Below, piece by piece: positions 12,606-22,346 of a DNA stretch of 64,000 nt. This DNA comes from Tubulanus polymorphus (taxonomy: Eukaryota > Animalia > Nemertea). The stretch spans positions 7,502,001 through 7,566,000 of the forward strand of contig NC_134031.1 of assembly GCF_964204645.1 (NCBI RefSeq). The letters are read 5' to 3'. A program made the translations under genes and the position numbers. Position 1 is the stretch's first letter; each line of letters starts with the position of its first letter. The notes beneath the pieces were generated by a model, which saw only the letters and a program-made list of their open reading frames with translations, was not told the DNA's origin and made no database searches.

Positions 12606-13427
12606 AGCTTATTAGGGTTTTCTGACTTTCGTCGAAAACCCTCTTGAAATTCTGTTGATTATTATTATTATTATATATTTTCCGCCGATTTCGTCAAATA
12701 AAATTCATCTTCATTCAGATTCGGCATCTGACAGCTTCGAAACGAAATGTATAAATTGATACTGTAATAACGGTCTCTCTGAACCAACAGATTGTCTGAA
12801 TGTACTTTCCATCCTATTTGAAACTTAAAATTACTTATTAGGTAAATAAAGAATTGAATTGAATTGTTAGACAACAAGCAGGTCGACCCAACAAGCACCG
12901 GCGAAATAAAAGTTTGTGACGTCATTTAGTAGGTAAATAAAGGAGGGCTCCGAGAATTTCCAAATCACATGGGACTATACTGCGGTTAGACCATTCAAAA
13001 GTTCATAATGTACTTGTAGGTTATTAAAAATATTATGATATTTGATTTGGTTTGTTCTAAATTTAATTAATGAGGAAACTAATGAAACTATGCTTAGAAA
13101 ATATTGGTAATAAAGTAATTTTGAATTTAGTGCGTACCATGCTACTGGCAAAAACCGTTAAGTTTCCCAAGTCTCCGTTTCTACCTAACGCATGCGCATT
13201 AGTCAGTGCTGTAATTGCTCTATGTCGAGAAATCGGCACATTGCGCATGCGGTACTACATGTGAACTGAATGTGAACTTTACTAATAGTCGCTGTAGTTT
13301 CCATTAGGTTCGAATCCCGTAAAAATATTGATCTTATTTACGCTGGTTCATCTTATAAGCAGGTTCGAAACCCGAAAATTACTGGTCATATTTCAAGCGT
13401 TACGATATGAACTTTGATGATTAAAGT
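12606..13427 (+). repeat. Unrelated non-autonomous repeat sequence inside the Gypsy 3' region (HINE/Helentron-like start)
   Basis: Starts with the palindrome AGGGTTTTCTGACTTTCGTCGAAAACCCT followed by a (TTA)n tract; contains two B-box-like GGTTCGAA(T/A)CCC motifs near 13307 and 13362. Boundaries approximate. Confidence 0.45.
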
Positions 13428-13549
13428 GTCGCTCTCTTTCTCTGACTCGTGGTCACTAACACTCAGCTCTCGCTTTGAGTACTACAATAAAATCACATTT
13501 TCTAACTATTAACCGTAGTTCTTACTTCTGAGCTAGGACCTCTATATCA
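13428..13549 (+). repeat. 3' LTR, R-U5 part only
   Basis: Matches 2667-2792 except for one substitution and a shorter (CT)n; no match to 2459-2666 seen upstream. Confidence 0.92.
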
Positions 13550-13699
13550 ATTCTATACAAGATAAAGTTAAAGATGAACATATTATTTTATTTTTAATTA
13601 CAGTTGTAAGTGCTATTATTTTTGGGTTAGTGAATATGATACCAAAAAATATCAAGTAAACATGATAAAAAGTAAATAATTAATTTTTTTGTTAAATAA

Positions 13700-14949
13700 A
13701 TGATTGGGCGTTATATCAACCCTTCTAAGAATCATAGAATATCTAATGCTATTAAAGCAGAAAGATCACATCATATAATTACTCATAACCCTTCTAATAT
13801 TAATCCCGATGAAACTTTATATGTTAGAATCCCTAGATTAACACAAAAAAACTTTTTATGTTCCAAATAGTATTTATTTATCAGCCGATATAAAAGTAAC
13901 TGGTAATAATAATAATTATGTTGTTGATAATGTTGGAAGATATTTGATTAAAAAATTAACAATATAGATTGGACCAGAAACAGTTTTCTCATTAGATGAT
14001 TATAATTTATTTATGCATTTTATAAAGATTTATGGTTAACTAAAGAAAATAGAAATAATATGATATTTCAAGGAATCCAATCGGAAAACCAAAATAAATT
14101 AAGATCAGACTCTGATAACGCAATAGTAACTAATGCTGTAGATAACTTAATAAAAAAGATTTATGGAAGCAAATATAAAATTCCATTAGACTTTGAATTG
14201 ATAAATAATAATGCACCTTTAAATAAATATGTAATTCAAGAAGATATTATATTTGAGATAACATTTGCTCCTGTAAATGAAATTGTATTATCTAGCGTTG
14301 TTAAAGATATGGGTTATAAATTATCGAATATATGTTTAGAATATGACACAGTAACTAATGAAAATATTGCTAACACAATTCAAACTCAATACAATCAAGG
14401 ATTTTCATTATTATATGATTATATTGATAAATTTAAAACTGTAACTATTAATGCAAATGATGAAATAATTAATGAGAATATTAACTTCCCAAGAAGATCT
14501 ATTAAAGGTATATTAATATTTTTTACCATTGCAACATATTCTAATGGCGCAATAAAGGTTGATAATTATTATAATCCTGAAATAACAAAAGTAGAAATAA
14601 CTATCGAAGGAATAGCAAATAAAATATTTGTCAAGGAATGAGAATGATAGATCAATGGCCAGAAATTAGAAAACATTTTATGAATGAAAAAGTAAAATCA
14701 TCTGAAAATTGTAATATTAATCAAATTGATTATTATACAGGTAATAAATATGCATTATGGTTAGATTTTAGAACAACAGAGGATAATTCATTACATGGTT
14801 CTGGAAAAAAACTACAGAACACTAAAGACGGAATACAATTATTCATGAAAAAGAAAAAAGGAAGCTTAAATTTCAAAATGCACATTTACATTATATCTGA
14901 CGCACAATTAAATATTGTAAATTCTCAATTAGATAGTATTCAATATTAG
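13700..14949 (+). pseudogene. Putative Polinton major capsid protein (double jelly-roll), disrupted
   Basis: About 415 codons from ATG 13700: IITHNPSNINPDETLYVRIP...DNVGRYLIKKLTI...YKDLWL...YKIPLDF...LSNICLEYDTV...PRRSIKGILIF...ALWLDFR. Size, beta-rich pattern and position beside integrase and ATPase fit an MCP. Frameshifts and a TAG near 13965. Confidence 0.7.
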
Positions 14950-15283
14950 AAATATAAAGTTAAAATTAACGATATATAAATGGGCGGTAAAAAAACCTCC
15001 TAATACTAAAGAACAATATTTAAGAAATTTATATTACAACCCTGAGAGTTCGGTTGCTTATTCTTCTACCAAAAATATATGGCGTCAAGTAAAACAAGAT
15101 AAATTAGATAAGATAATCCCACAAAATTTAGTTAAATATAAAGATATAAATGAATTTATGTTAGAACAACCAACATATACAACACATAAAAAAATTGTTA
15201 GAAAATATAAAACTCGTAAAACTATGGTAAGTTATGTAGATCAACAGTGGCAAGGAGATTTAATTGATATGAAAAAATTTTAA

Positions 15284-16345
15284 CCCTATGTTAACCCGGG
15301 TTGCGAATTTGCAACAAGGTTTTTGGGAGTGGCTCGTACCCTTATTGTTGATATTTGTCCATTATTAACCAATGTTGCAGAATCACAACGTATTAGTAGT
15401 TTGTTTAAGCGTCGCGAGATGGCAGCACCTCACAATAACTTTTACTGGTTGGCATTGCGCAATGACTGTCTCCTTGAAGTAAGCAAGTCAGAATTTCTTA
15501 AGTAAGTTTTGCTCGATTATAAGCAATTCCTGGTTGTTTTCTTTAAAAGATCAGATGATGATCTTGAAATATAAAGCCTAAAGAATAGAAATATTCACTA
15601 AATTGAATTTGGTTACATTCATAAATCTATAATTTAGCCCACGAATTTTGGGTGTGCAAAAATACAACATTGGTTGATCAGGGTAAAATGAAATTTTGAG
15701 ATAAATTTTTTTATTTCAATCTGTCCCCCTGCATTCAATTCTAATGATTAAATATTAATTACCCTTGCATTTACTGGTTCTTTTTTAATCATATTAGCAA
15801 TCATGGAACATGAGGAATTTTCAGGCTTCAGTTGCAGAAGCCATGATCAAGGCTGGTAAAAAATCACGTGTTGGTCGGCCAAGTCTTGAAGCCTTGTTAT
15901 CTCCTCCAGCCGTGAAAAAACGTAGGACTGTCATTAACCAACCAGTCAATGACATTAGATTTGATTGCTTAGATCATTGGCCGACCATAACGGAAACTCG
16001 TTCAAGGTGTAGGCTTTGTCCAAGTGGTTATACGCAAACTAAGTGTTCGAAATGCAATGTATACCTCTGTTTGAAGAGTAAATCAAACTGTTTTGTTGGT
16101 TTCCACAAAAAGTAACTGTGTTTTTCGAAATAAAACGTTGTTATCTGAATATATTTTCTTGTTGAGTTTATCAAATATTTTCCACATTTTACCAATGTTG
16201 TGGATTTGCAACATTTTGAAAAACTAGGTCAAACAGATGCATGGATAAAAATAGCGATAGATATCCACTATTAGTATCTTAACATGTTCTGAAAATGAAT
16301 TGCATAATTTTTTGACAACCAGAAATGTCCTTGGTTAACATAGGG
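15284..16345 (+). mobile_element. Internally deleted piggyBac DNA transposon (1062 bp)
   Basis: 13-bp TIR CCCTATGTTAACC/GGTTAACATAGGG; TTAA at 15280-15283 and 16346-16349. Confidence 0.95.
15810..16115 (+). pseudogene. C-terminal remnant of piggyBac transposase (Cys-rich domain)
   Basis: DIRFDCLDHWP...RCRLC...TKCSKCNVYLCL...NCFVGFH; catalytic DDD core absent. Confidence 0.88.
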
Positions 16346-17175
16346 TTAAGAAAGATAATGATGATTATTGGTGGATATTGAATATAATTGATATTTTTAG
16401 TCGTTATGTAAGGAGTTTCCCACTTTATAGAAAAGATGCTGTACAAACATCAAATGTTTTAAGAAAATTTCTTTCGGATGATAAACTAAAACCAGAAAAA
16501 ATACAATTTGATGATGGAAAAGAATTTGATAATTCACTTGTTCATGAACTCTTAGATAATCATAATATCAAATATTTTTCAACAAAATCGGATAAAAAAG
16601 CAGCAGTTGTTGAACGACTTAATAGAACATTAAGAACAAGAATGTGGAAATATTTTACAGCAAATAATACTTTTAAATGGATTGAGGTTTTACCAAAATT
16701 GATAGAAGGATATAACTATTCTTATCATTCTTCTATTGGAATGAAACCTATTGATGCTAGAAAACCTGAAAATGCTGAAATTGTTTGGAATAATTTATAT
16801 GGAGCATTTCTTGTAGATGATTTTGGTGAACCTAAATTTAAAGTTGGTCAAAATGTTAGAATTTCTAAGTATAAAAAGATATTTGACAAAGGATACGATC
16901 GAAATTTTACTAGGGAAATATATAAAATAAAAAAGGTAATAACAACAAAACCATATGTCTATAAATTAGAAGATTTAAATGGTGAAGAAGTTGATGGGTA
17001 TTTTTATGAAGAAGAATTGAGTTTAACTACTGAAAATCTAGAACAAGAATATGAAATTGAAAAAGTATTAAAAACAAAAACTGTTAAAAGAAAAAAATAT
17101 TCTTTAGTAAAATGGGTTGGATGGCCAGATAAATTCAATGAATGGATATTATCAAGTAAAATTGAAAATATATAA

Positions 17176-17781
17176 ATGAATAAGGAATTATTTATATTTG
17201 AGCCTCATAATATGTTAATTTCTGGTGTAACAAATTGTGGAAAAACTTATTTTATATTAAATTTATTAGAAACTATTTATAAAAACTATTTTGATAATAT
17301 AGTATTATTTTGTCCAACATATGAATTTAATCAAACTTATGATAGAAATATTACTAGAAATAATAAATTTATTATATTAGATCCTAAAACAGTAAAAGAA
17401 AATTTAGATAATTGTATTAAAATAGCAATAGATATTTATAAAGGATCAAATACATTATTCATTATAGATGATTGTGCTAATCTACATGATTCAAAAGTTA
17501 GAGAAAGTGAGTTATGCTATTTAGCTTTCTCTGGGAGACATTTCGGGATAACAACATGGGTTTTAAATCGAAAATAAAATTCAATTGTTAAAGACTTTAG
17601 GGAGAATATAAGATTTCTAGTTTTATTTTATCATAAAGATAGAAAATCGATGAAAAATGCGCTTGAAGAAAATGATATTCCACATGATTTACGTAATGAA
17701 TATATGGATAAATTGAAAAATAATAAAAGATCAAAATTACTATTTAGATTACAACACCCATTTAAATATGAATTTATTTAA
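17176..17781 (+). pseudogene. A32/FtsK-HerA family genome-packaging ATPase
   Basis: Walker A ISGVTNCGKT, Walker B LFIIDD, arginine finger SGRH; the frame continues past a TAA at 17575-17577 (NSIVKDFREN...HPFKYEFI*). Confidence 0.9.
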
Positions 17782-18057
17782 ATTCAACTAGCTTGTTAAT
17801 CTATTACATATTTAGTTACATTCTAGTTGAATTCTAGTTATTGGTATTTGAAACAAAAATCAAATAAAATTCAACAATATTTTAACTAGCTTGTTAATCT
17901 AGTATATTTTTAGTTACATTCTAGTTGAATTCTAGTTATTGGTAGTTGGAACAAAAATCAACTAGATTTAACAAGAAATAAATAAAAACAATAATAATTC
18001 AACTAGCTTGTTAATCTAGTTTAATTCTAGTTGAATTCTAGTTAAATTCTAGTTGCA
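17781..18057. repeat. CTAG-rich palindromic repeat array
   Basis: Three units starting (aattc)aactagcttgttaatcta near 17781, 17883 and 17996, each followed by ctagttgaattctagtt, whose first 11 nt are the reverse complement of aattcaactag. Confidence 0.85.
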
Positions 18058-18086
18058 ACATCACAACTAATTTGTTTGTTATATAA

Positions 18087-18692
18087 ATGGGGGGTGAAAA
18101 GAAAAGAAAATCTAAAAATGGTGATGTTCCAATTGAAAAAACTTTAAATGATTTAGGAATAACAGAAACAAAATTAACTCCAGATGATGGTGCTTTAAAT
18201 AATGTTACAACAAATAATAATTATGAATATTATCTTTATTGTAAACATCAATTAGAAATATTAATAGCATCTGGAAAATGTAAAAATTGTATCGGTAAAA
18301 ATTTAACTTATAATGAATTAGATACAATGAAATCAGATGAAATTATTAGATTATTTAAGATTTATGAAACCGCGAGAACAGCTAGAATTAATGACGCGAT
18401 ATCAGAAAATGTAGTAAAAGGTTATAGTAAATTATGTAATTATATACTACCAATTGAAGATGAAAATAGATTATATTCCGATTTAAAAAATGATTATTTA
18501 GTTATGACTGAATTAAATAAATGGATTGGATATTTATCATTTCAATTAGGCGGATTTATGACGTTATTATCAACTGGGGTTATAACATTTTCAAATATTG
18601 AAAGTAAAAATATTTCTATAATAAATGAACAAGGTGGAAGAAGTGAAGGAATTAATTGTGAAGAAAAAACCGAGAACTCAGAAACAAATTGA
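18087..18692 (+). CDS. Polinton hypothetical protein (201 aa)
   Basis: Open ORF with the same TAAATG start context and composition as its neighbours; hydrophobic stretch near the C-terminus. Confidence 0.7.
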   Translation: MGGEKKRKSKNGDVPIEKTLNDLGITETKLTPDDGALNNVTTNNNYEYYLYCKHQLEILIASGKCKNCIGKNLTYNELDTMKSDEIIRLFKIYETARTARINDAISENVVKGYSKLCNYILPIEDENRLYSDLKNDYLVMTELNKWIGYLSFQLGGFMTLLSTGVITFSNIESKNISIINEQGGRSEGINCEEKTENSETN

Positions 18693-18981
18693 ATGGTCTC
18701 GGCAATTAGGAATTAAATCACAAGAATATAAAAAAGCTGTAAAAGAAAAAATAAGTAATAAAAATGGTGAAAATATTGTTATTTCTACTCCTTCTAATAA
18801 TAGAATATTTGATAAATGTCTATATTTTACAGTTGGATTTGTAATTGTATTCATTTTGATTGGGTGTAATTGGTATAAGAAATCAAATAAAATTCATGAT
18901 ATTTATAATTCTGAAACAACTGCTATCAAAAATGAAAATACTTATGAAATTCCAAAATTGACAATAAAAAAAATGGATTAA
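18625..18981 (+). CDS. Polinton small single-pass membrane protein (118 aa)
   Basis: TAAATG start, basic N-terminus, hydrophobic LYFTVGFVIVFILIGC. Confidence 0.65.
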   Translation: MNKVEEVKELIVKKKPRTQKQIEWSRQLGIKSQEYKKAVKEKISNKNGENIVISTPSNNRIFDKCLYFTVGFVIVFILIGCNWYKKSNKIHDIYNSETTAIKNENTYEIPKLTIKKMD

Positions 18982-19159
18982 TATTTTAGAAAAAAAGCAA
19001 AAAAAATAATTTTTTTTAATTAATTGAATATCACCATGTGGTAGCCATACGGCACCATCTCACTACTTTTGTCTATCTATGTGGAGCAATTAAATTGTCC
19101 AGATAAGTCATTTCGGATTCTAGATGTTCATTATTTTTATTAATTTATTTTTTTTAAAT

Positions 19160-19485
19160 TTAATCAACAATTTCTAAATCATGATGGCCATCTTCATTTT
19201 TTCCATGATAGATTATTTTAAATCCTTCTAAATCTTTTAATTCCTCTGTACTCAATGAAACCCATTTATCAGGTAAAAATACTTTAAATTCTCGCGATGT
19301 ACTAACATTGCAGTAGCTTAAATTAGCTGATACTTTCTCTCCATATTTAGTTTTTATCTTTTCTAATTTCAATATTTTATGTTCAATTTCTTTTGTAACA
19401 TCAACTAACTTTTTTATTTCAAATTGTTTTTTGCTGGTTTTATTCTGTTATTTATTGTTGCTAAGAATGCTTTTCTATCTCCCAT
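19160..19485 (-). pseudogene. Polinton small hypothetical protein (TKYG motif), frameshifted
   Basis: ATG at 19485 in TATAAATG context on the minus strand; C-terminal part is ORF 19160-19372 (KIKTKYGEKV...KVFLP...IIYHG). Confidence 0.55.
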
Positions 19486-21395
19486 TTATAAGGAAAAAAA
19501 ATTACTTGTGGTGATGAGTGGTGTCTCGTACTCTCGTACTCTGATCTGAAAGCCCACTTTCCCTATTACTCACCGAAACCGGCCTACTGTTTTTCGTTGC
19601 CGTTGTAATAAGTTAACAAAAACGGCTGAATTTTCGCGTCTATGATAAGGCCCCTCAAAGTTGATACCTTGTTTCTTATCAAATCACAAAATCGCCCGCT
19701 CACTCCCGAAAGCCAAAATAAAAAGAAAAAAATTAAGTCCGAAACCCGCATCAGATTGTTTACAGTCGGCTCTTTTTTATATTAGAAACACCTCACGCGC
19801 GCGTTATGACGCGTTGTATAGTAATCTTTTTTTATGCATTTCGCTTTTATCGATAATTAGTAATGTGTATTAGTAATGCACTTATTGGACATTTTAAATT
19901 TTCTATGATGAACTGGAGCCTAATAAGCCAATCAAGTAAAAATTAGCGTAGTGTTGTTTGGTCTATTCAGAGTTTAGATATGATAATAAGAATGACATTC
20001 TAACCTTTCACAAAATCATTGGGCATGTGACCCTGGAGATTATATGCCATTTTAGACTGCATTAGTTTAGAATTGTGTAGTTTAGATGTTTTAGATAAAG
20101 AAAATAAGCAAATGAACATATCTTGGTTCTGCCCACTTAACCTTTTATGGATCGAGACTCCCGACCTCGTCTCATATAAATATTGAACAGTGAATAATTT
20201 TTGGATTTAAAAAGAAAAAACCTCCCCTCGTCTCCATAGAAAATACGAAAATACGAGTTTATTTCTACTTTTTTATTTTAAAAAAGCTCATAACAAAAAA
20301 AAATCGCCCGTCCTCGTCATGTCTAGAAAAGGGGTTTGGATGAGAAACAAGGTATCAACTTTGAAGAGCCTAATGCCTAAGTGTTTGGCATTAGGGGAAG
20401 GGTCAAAATCAAGCGTGTACCCCAGGTGCGTTTTTTTAAGTACTATGTAGCCAATGGCTGTGGGGCTTAGTCTGTCGACTTTCTTCACCCAACCCGATTT
20501 TGTCATAAATTTCAAGTGAATTGGCTGAATTGAATAATGATCGAAGGTACGACGGCTGTATCAACCTACGACATAGATAGATCCTTTCCCACCAAATGAC
20601 AGTGAATTGTAGACGAAGACCCAGCCGCTGAATGATAATCCGAGATATATCTTACTCCCCTCACTTACCAAAACGTAGTCGTATCTGGACTTTACGTCCA
20701 GCGTTAAGATGAGCGCGTTCTAAAATAGTCTGGGTAAACGTTTTAAAGTTTCCAAGAGAGCTTACATATTTTGCTGTGAGCAAACACCGCTGGTGGTGGG
20801 GCTAACTGACGGATCTGTTATTGTTAGCTTGATCGTGATTTTAAGAAATATGGGGTGTGTGTGTATGGGGTATATAGGTTGCCCTGCGAAACAAGGTATG
20901 AATTAGCCTGACGAGGGGCTTGCCTTTTTGTGTGACTAGGGTTATCGGCGTATCGTTTGCTCGATCGCACTCACAATCCTCATTATGCTCATTATTACTT
21001 CGCATTTTGTTTGATTTCCTCCTTTATTCTATTTTCGATGCATAGTACAGATCAATCAAACAAAATGCGAAGGCTCCGAAAATGAACAAAATAGACAAAA
21101 AGTCAGCAGATTAAAATCACGATTAATCAGAAACTTAGCGTTTTCACACATGAAAGTGAAATAAAAAAAACGAAAAATTCATTCTTTAACACTTTTTATT
21201 TGTATGTGCAGTGTATATGAAAATGAGCAGCTAAAATAAAAAAAGATTAATTGTTTTGAAGAAAGAGATTTTTAATAGTGCGAAGTTTTATATTTTCTAC
21301 AAATCAAAAATGAAATTTAATTTACTGAATAACACTTAAAATTAAAAGTAAACAGTAATAACTGGTTAATGTTGTATAAACCGCATCAAACTTAT

Positions 21396-22346
21396 TTATT
21401 TCACTGAAATTCTACAGCGGATTTTCATGCAGAAATATTCACGAATTTCCCGTCCCAGTAAAAGATATATGTAGAAATTTATCACATAGTTCCAAACTTG
21501 AAACTGTACAAAAATGTCATGTAGAAGATTTCTCTGTTCTGGGGAGATTGGTAACAATGCAGTAATAGCGGATGGGAGTGTAAATATTGCAAATGCGAGT
21601 GAAACTGTTACAAGCATTATTGTTGTACGTTTTGATTTTATAGTTTTCTGATCAGACGAAACCATACTTGTTCCTCTAAATAACTGAATGACTATGGCAG
21701 AATTTGATGTTAGAATCAAAGATAAAGGCAGAATGAAAACATGAACAACAAATACCGCAAATGTTATTTGATTAAATGATTTATAGTAACATCCGAAAAA
21801 CTGATAATGTATCGATAAAACAGGAGTGAGATATAGAACGAGTACATTCACTGCAGTAATTATCAACATAGCAAATCTAGCAAATCTCGGTGAACATATC
21901 AAACGAGATTTGAACGGGAAGAGCACAACTGCCACACGCTCCAGTGTTATAGCTAGTATCAACCACGCACTATTACTGACTGCAAGTAGCATTACAGATT
22001 CATAAATTTGACAACTGATCGTTGAATTCATCAGTAATATTGGACCATCCTTAACGTGCATGAAAATAAATTGTAAAACAGGCATCAGTGTAAAATCTAT
22101 ACTGTATGTGAAATCACTGATTGACAAAACGATCAAATAGTTAGCGTAAGACAAACCACGGAACCTACGACTTATCATTATCAGGAAAGTAGCCGAATTT
22201 CCAAACGCTCCCAGCATGAACAAGACAGACAGAATGGCCAGTGACACAGTACGGTAGCTTCCAGACCTGTTAACGACAGACATGAGAACGATGTTACTGC
22301 TGTAACTGCTGTAAGGTTGACCAATCTTAATCTGAGTTGAATTCAT
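21396..22346 (-). CDS. Intronless class A (rhodopsin-like) GPCR, peptide/chemosensory-receptor-like, copy 1
   Basis: 316 aa, seven hydrophobic segments, GN in TM1, LSISD in TM2, ERV at the DRY position, FTLP in TM6, NFYIY in TM7, N-terminal NST/NRS sequons. Confidence 0.92.
   Translation of the reverse strand: MNSTQIKIGQPYSSYSSNIVLMSVVNRSGSYRTVSLAILSVLFMLGAFGNSATFLIMISRRFRGLSYANYLIVLSISDFTYSIDFTLMPVLQFIFMHVKDGPILLMNSTISCQIYESVMLLAVSNSAWLILAITLERVAVVLFPFKSRLICSPRFARFAMLIITAVNVLVLYLTPVLSIHYQFFGCYYKSFNQITFAVFVVHVFILPLSLILTSNSAIVIQLFRGTSMVSSDQKTIKSKRTTIMLVTVSLAFAIFTLPSAITALLPISPEQRNLLHDIFVQFQVWNYVINFYIYLLLGREIREYFCMKIRCRISVK

Larger units (their letters stand above)
2459..13549 (+). mobile_element. 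Ty3/Gypsy LTR retrotransposon with env (errantivirus-like) and chromodomain integrase; defective copy
   Basis: Termini TGATATA...TATATCA; 4-bp TSD ATTC at 2455-2458 and 13550-13553; gag, PR-RT-RH-IN-chromo order, env. Confidence 0.96.
1323..13659 (+). pseudogene. Polinton coiled-coil/membrane protein split by the Gypsy insertion (1323-2458 + 13554-13659)
   Basis: Frameshifted pieces 1323-1622, 1819-2025, 2124-2458. Removing the LTR element and one ATTC restores ...GITILSILTAVTMLFTTIGLAI...PPDNNNS|IQDKVKDEHIILFLITVVSAIIFGLVNMIPKNIK* in frame. Confidence 0.75.
14980..17175 (+). pseudogene. Polinton retroviral-like (rve) integrase with C-terminal chromodomain, split by piggyBac
   Basis: N-part LYYNPES...YTTHK...QWQGDLIDM (to 15283); C-part ILNIIDIFSRY...QFDDGKEF...KAAVVERLNRTL...FKVGQNVRIS and chromodomain YEIEKVLK...LVKWVGWPDKFNEWI. 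Confidence 0.93.
1..19570 (+). mobile_element. Polinton/Maverick-like endogenous dsDNA virus, right part, decayed; left part outside the window
   Basis: Very AT-rich, intronless, tightly packed gene block (1-2458, 13550-15283, 16346-19500) with retroviral-type integrase, packaging ATPase and putative capsid gene. Right end is approximate: AT-richness stops near 19505, and ...CCCTATTACT at 19561-19570 resembles a Polinton ...ACT terminus, but the partner TIR is not visible. No DNA polymerase B in the window. Confidence 0.88.

Noticed and set aside
13300-13380. GGTTCGAATCCC motifs as tRNA genes
   Set aside because: B boxes only; no A box at proper spacing and no cloverleaf.
19500-19600. Exact Polinton terminal inverted repeat and 6-bp TSD
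   Set aside because: The partner end is outside the window, so the boundary cannot be verified.
20878-20925. GAAAC...CTGACGA as a type II hammerhead ribozyme
   Set aside because: Stem I cannot be formed convincingly.
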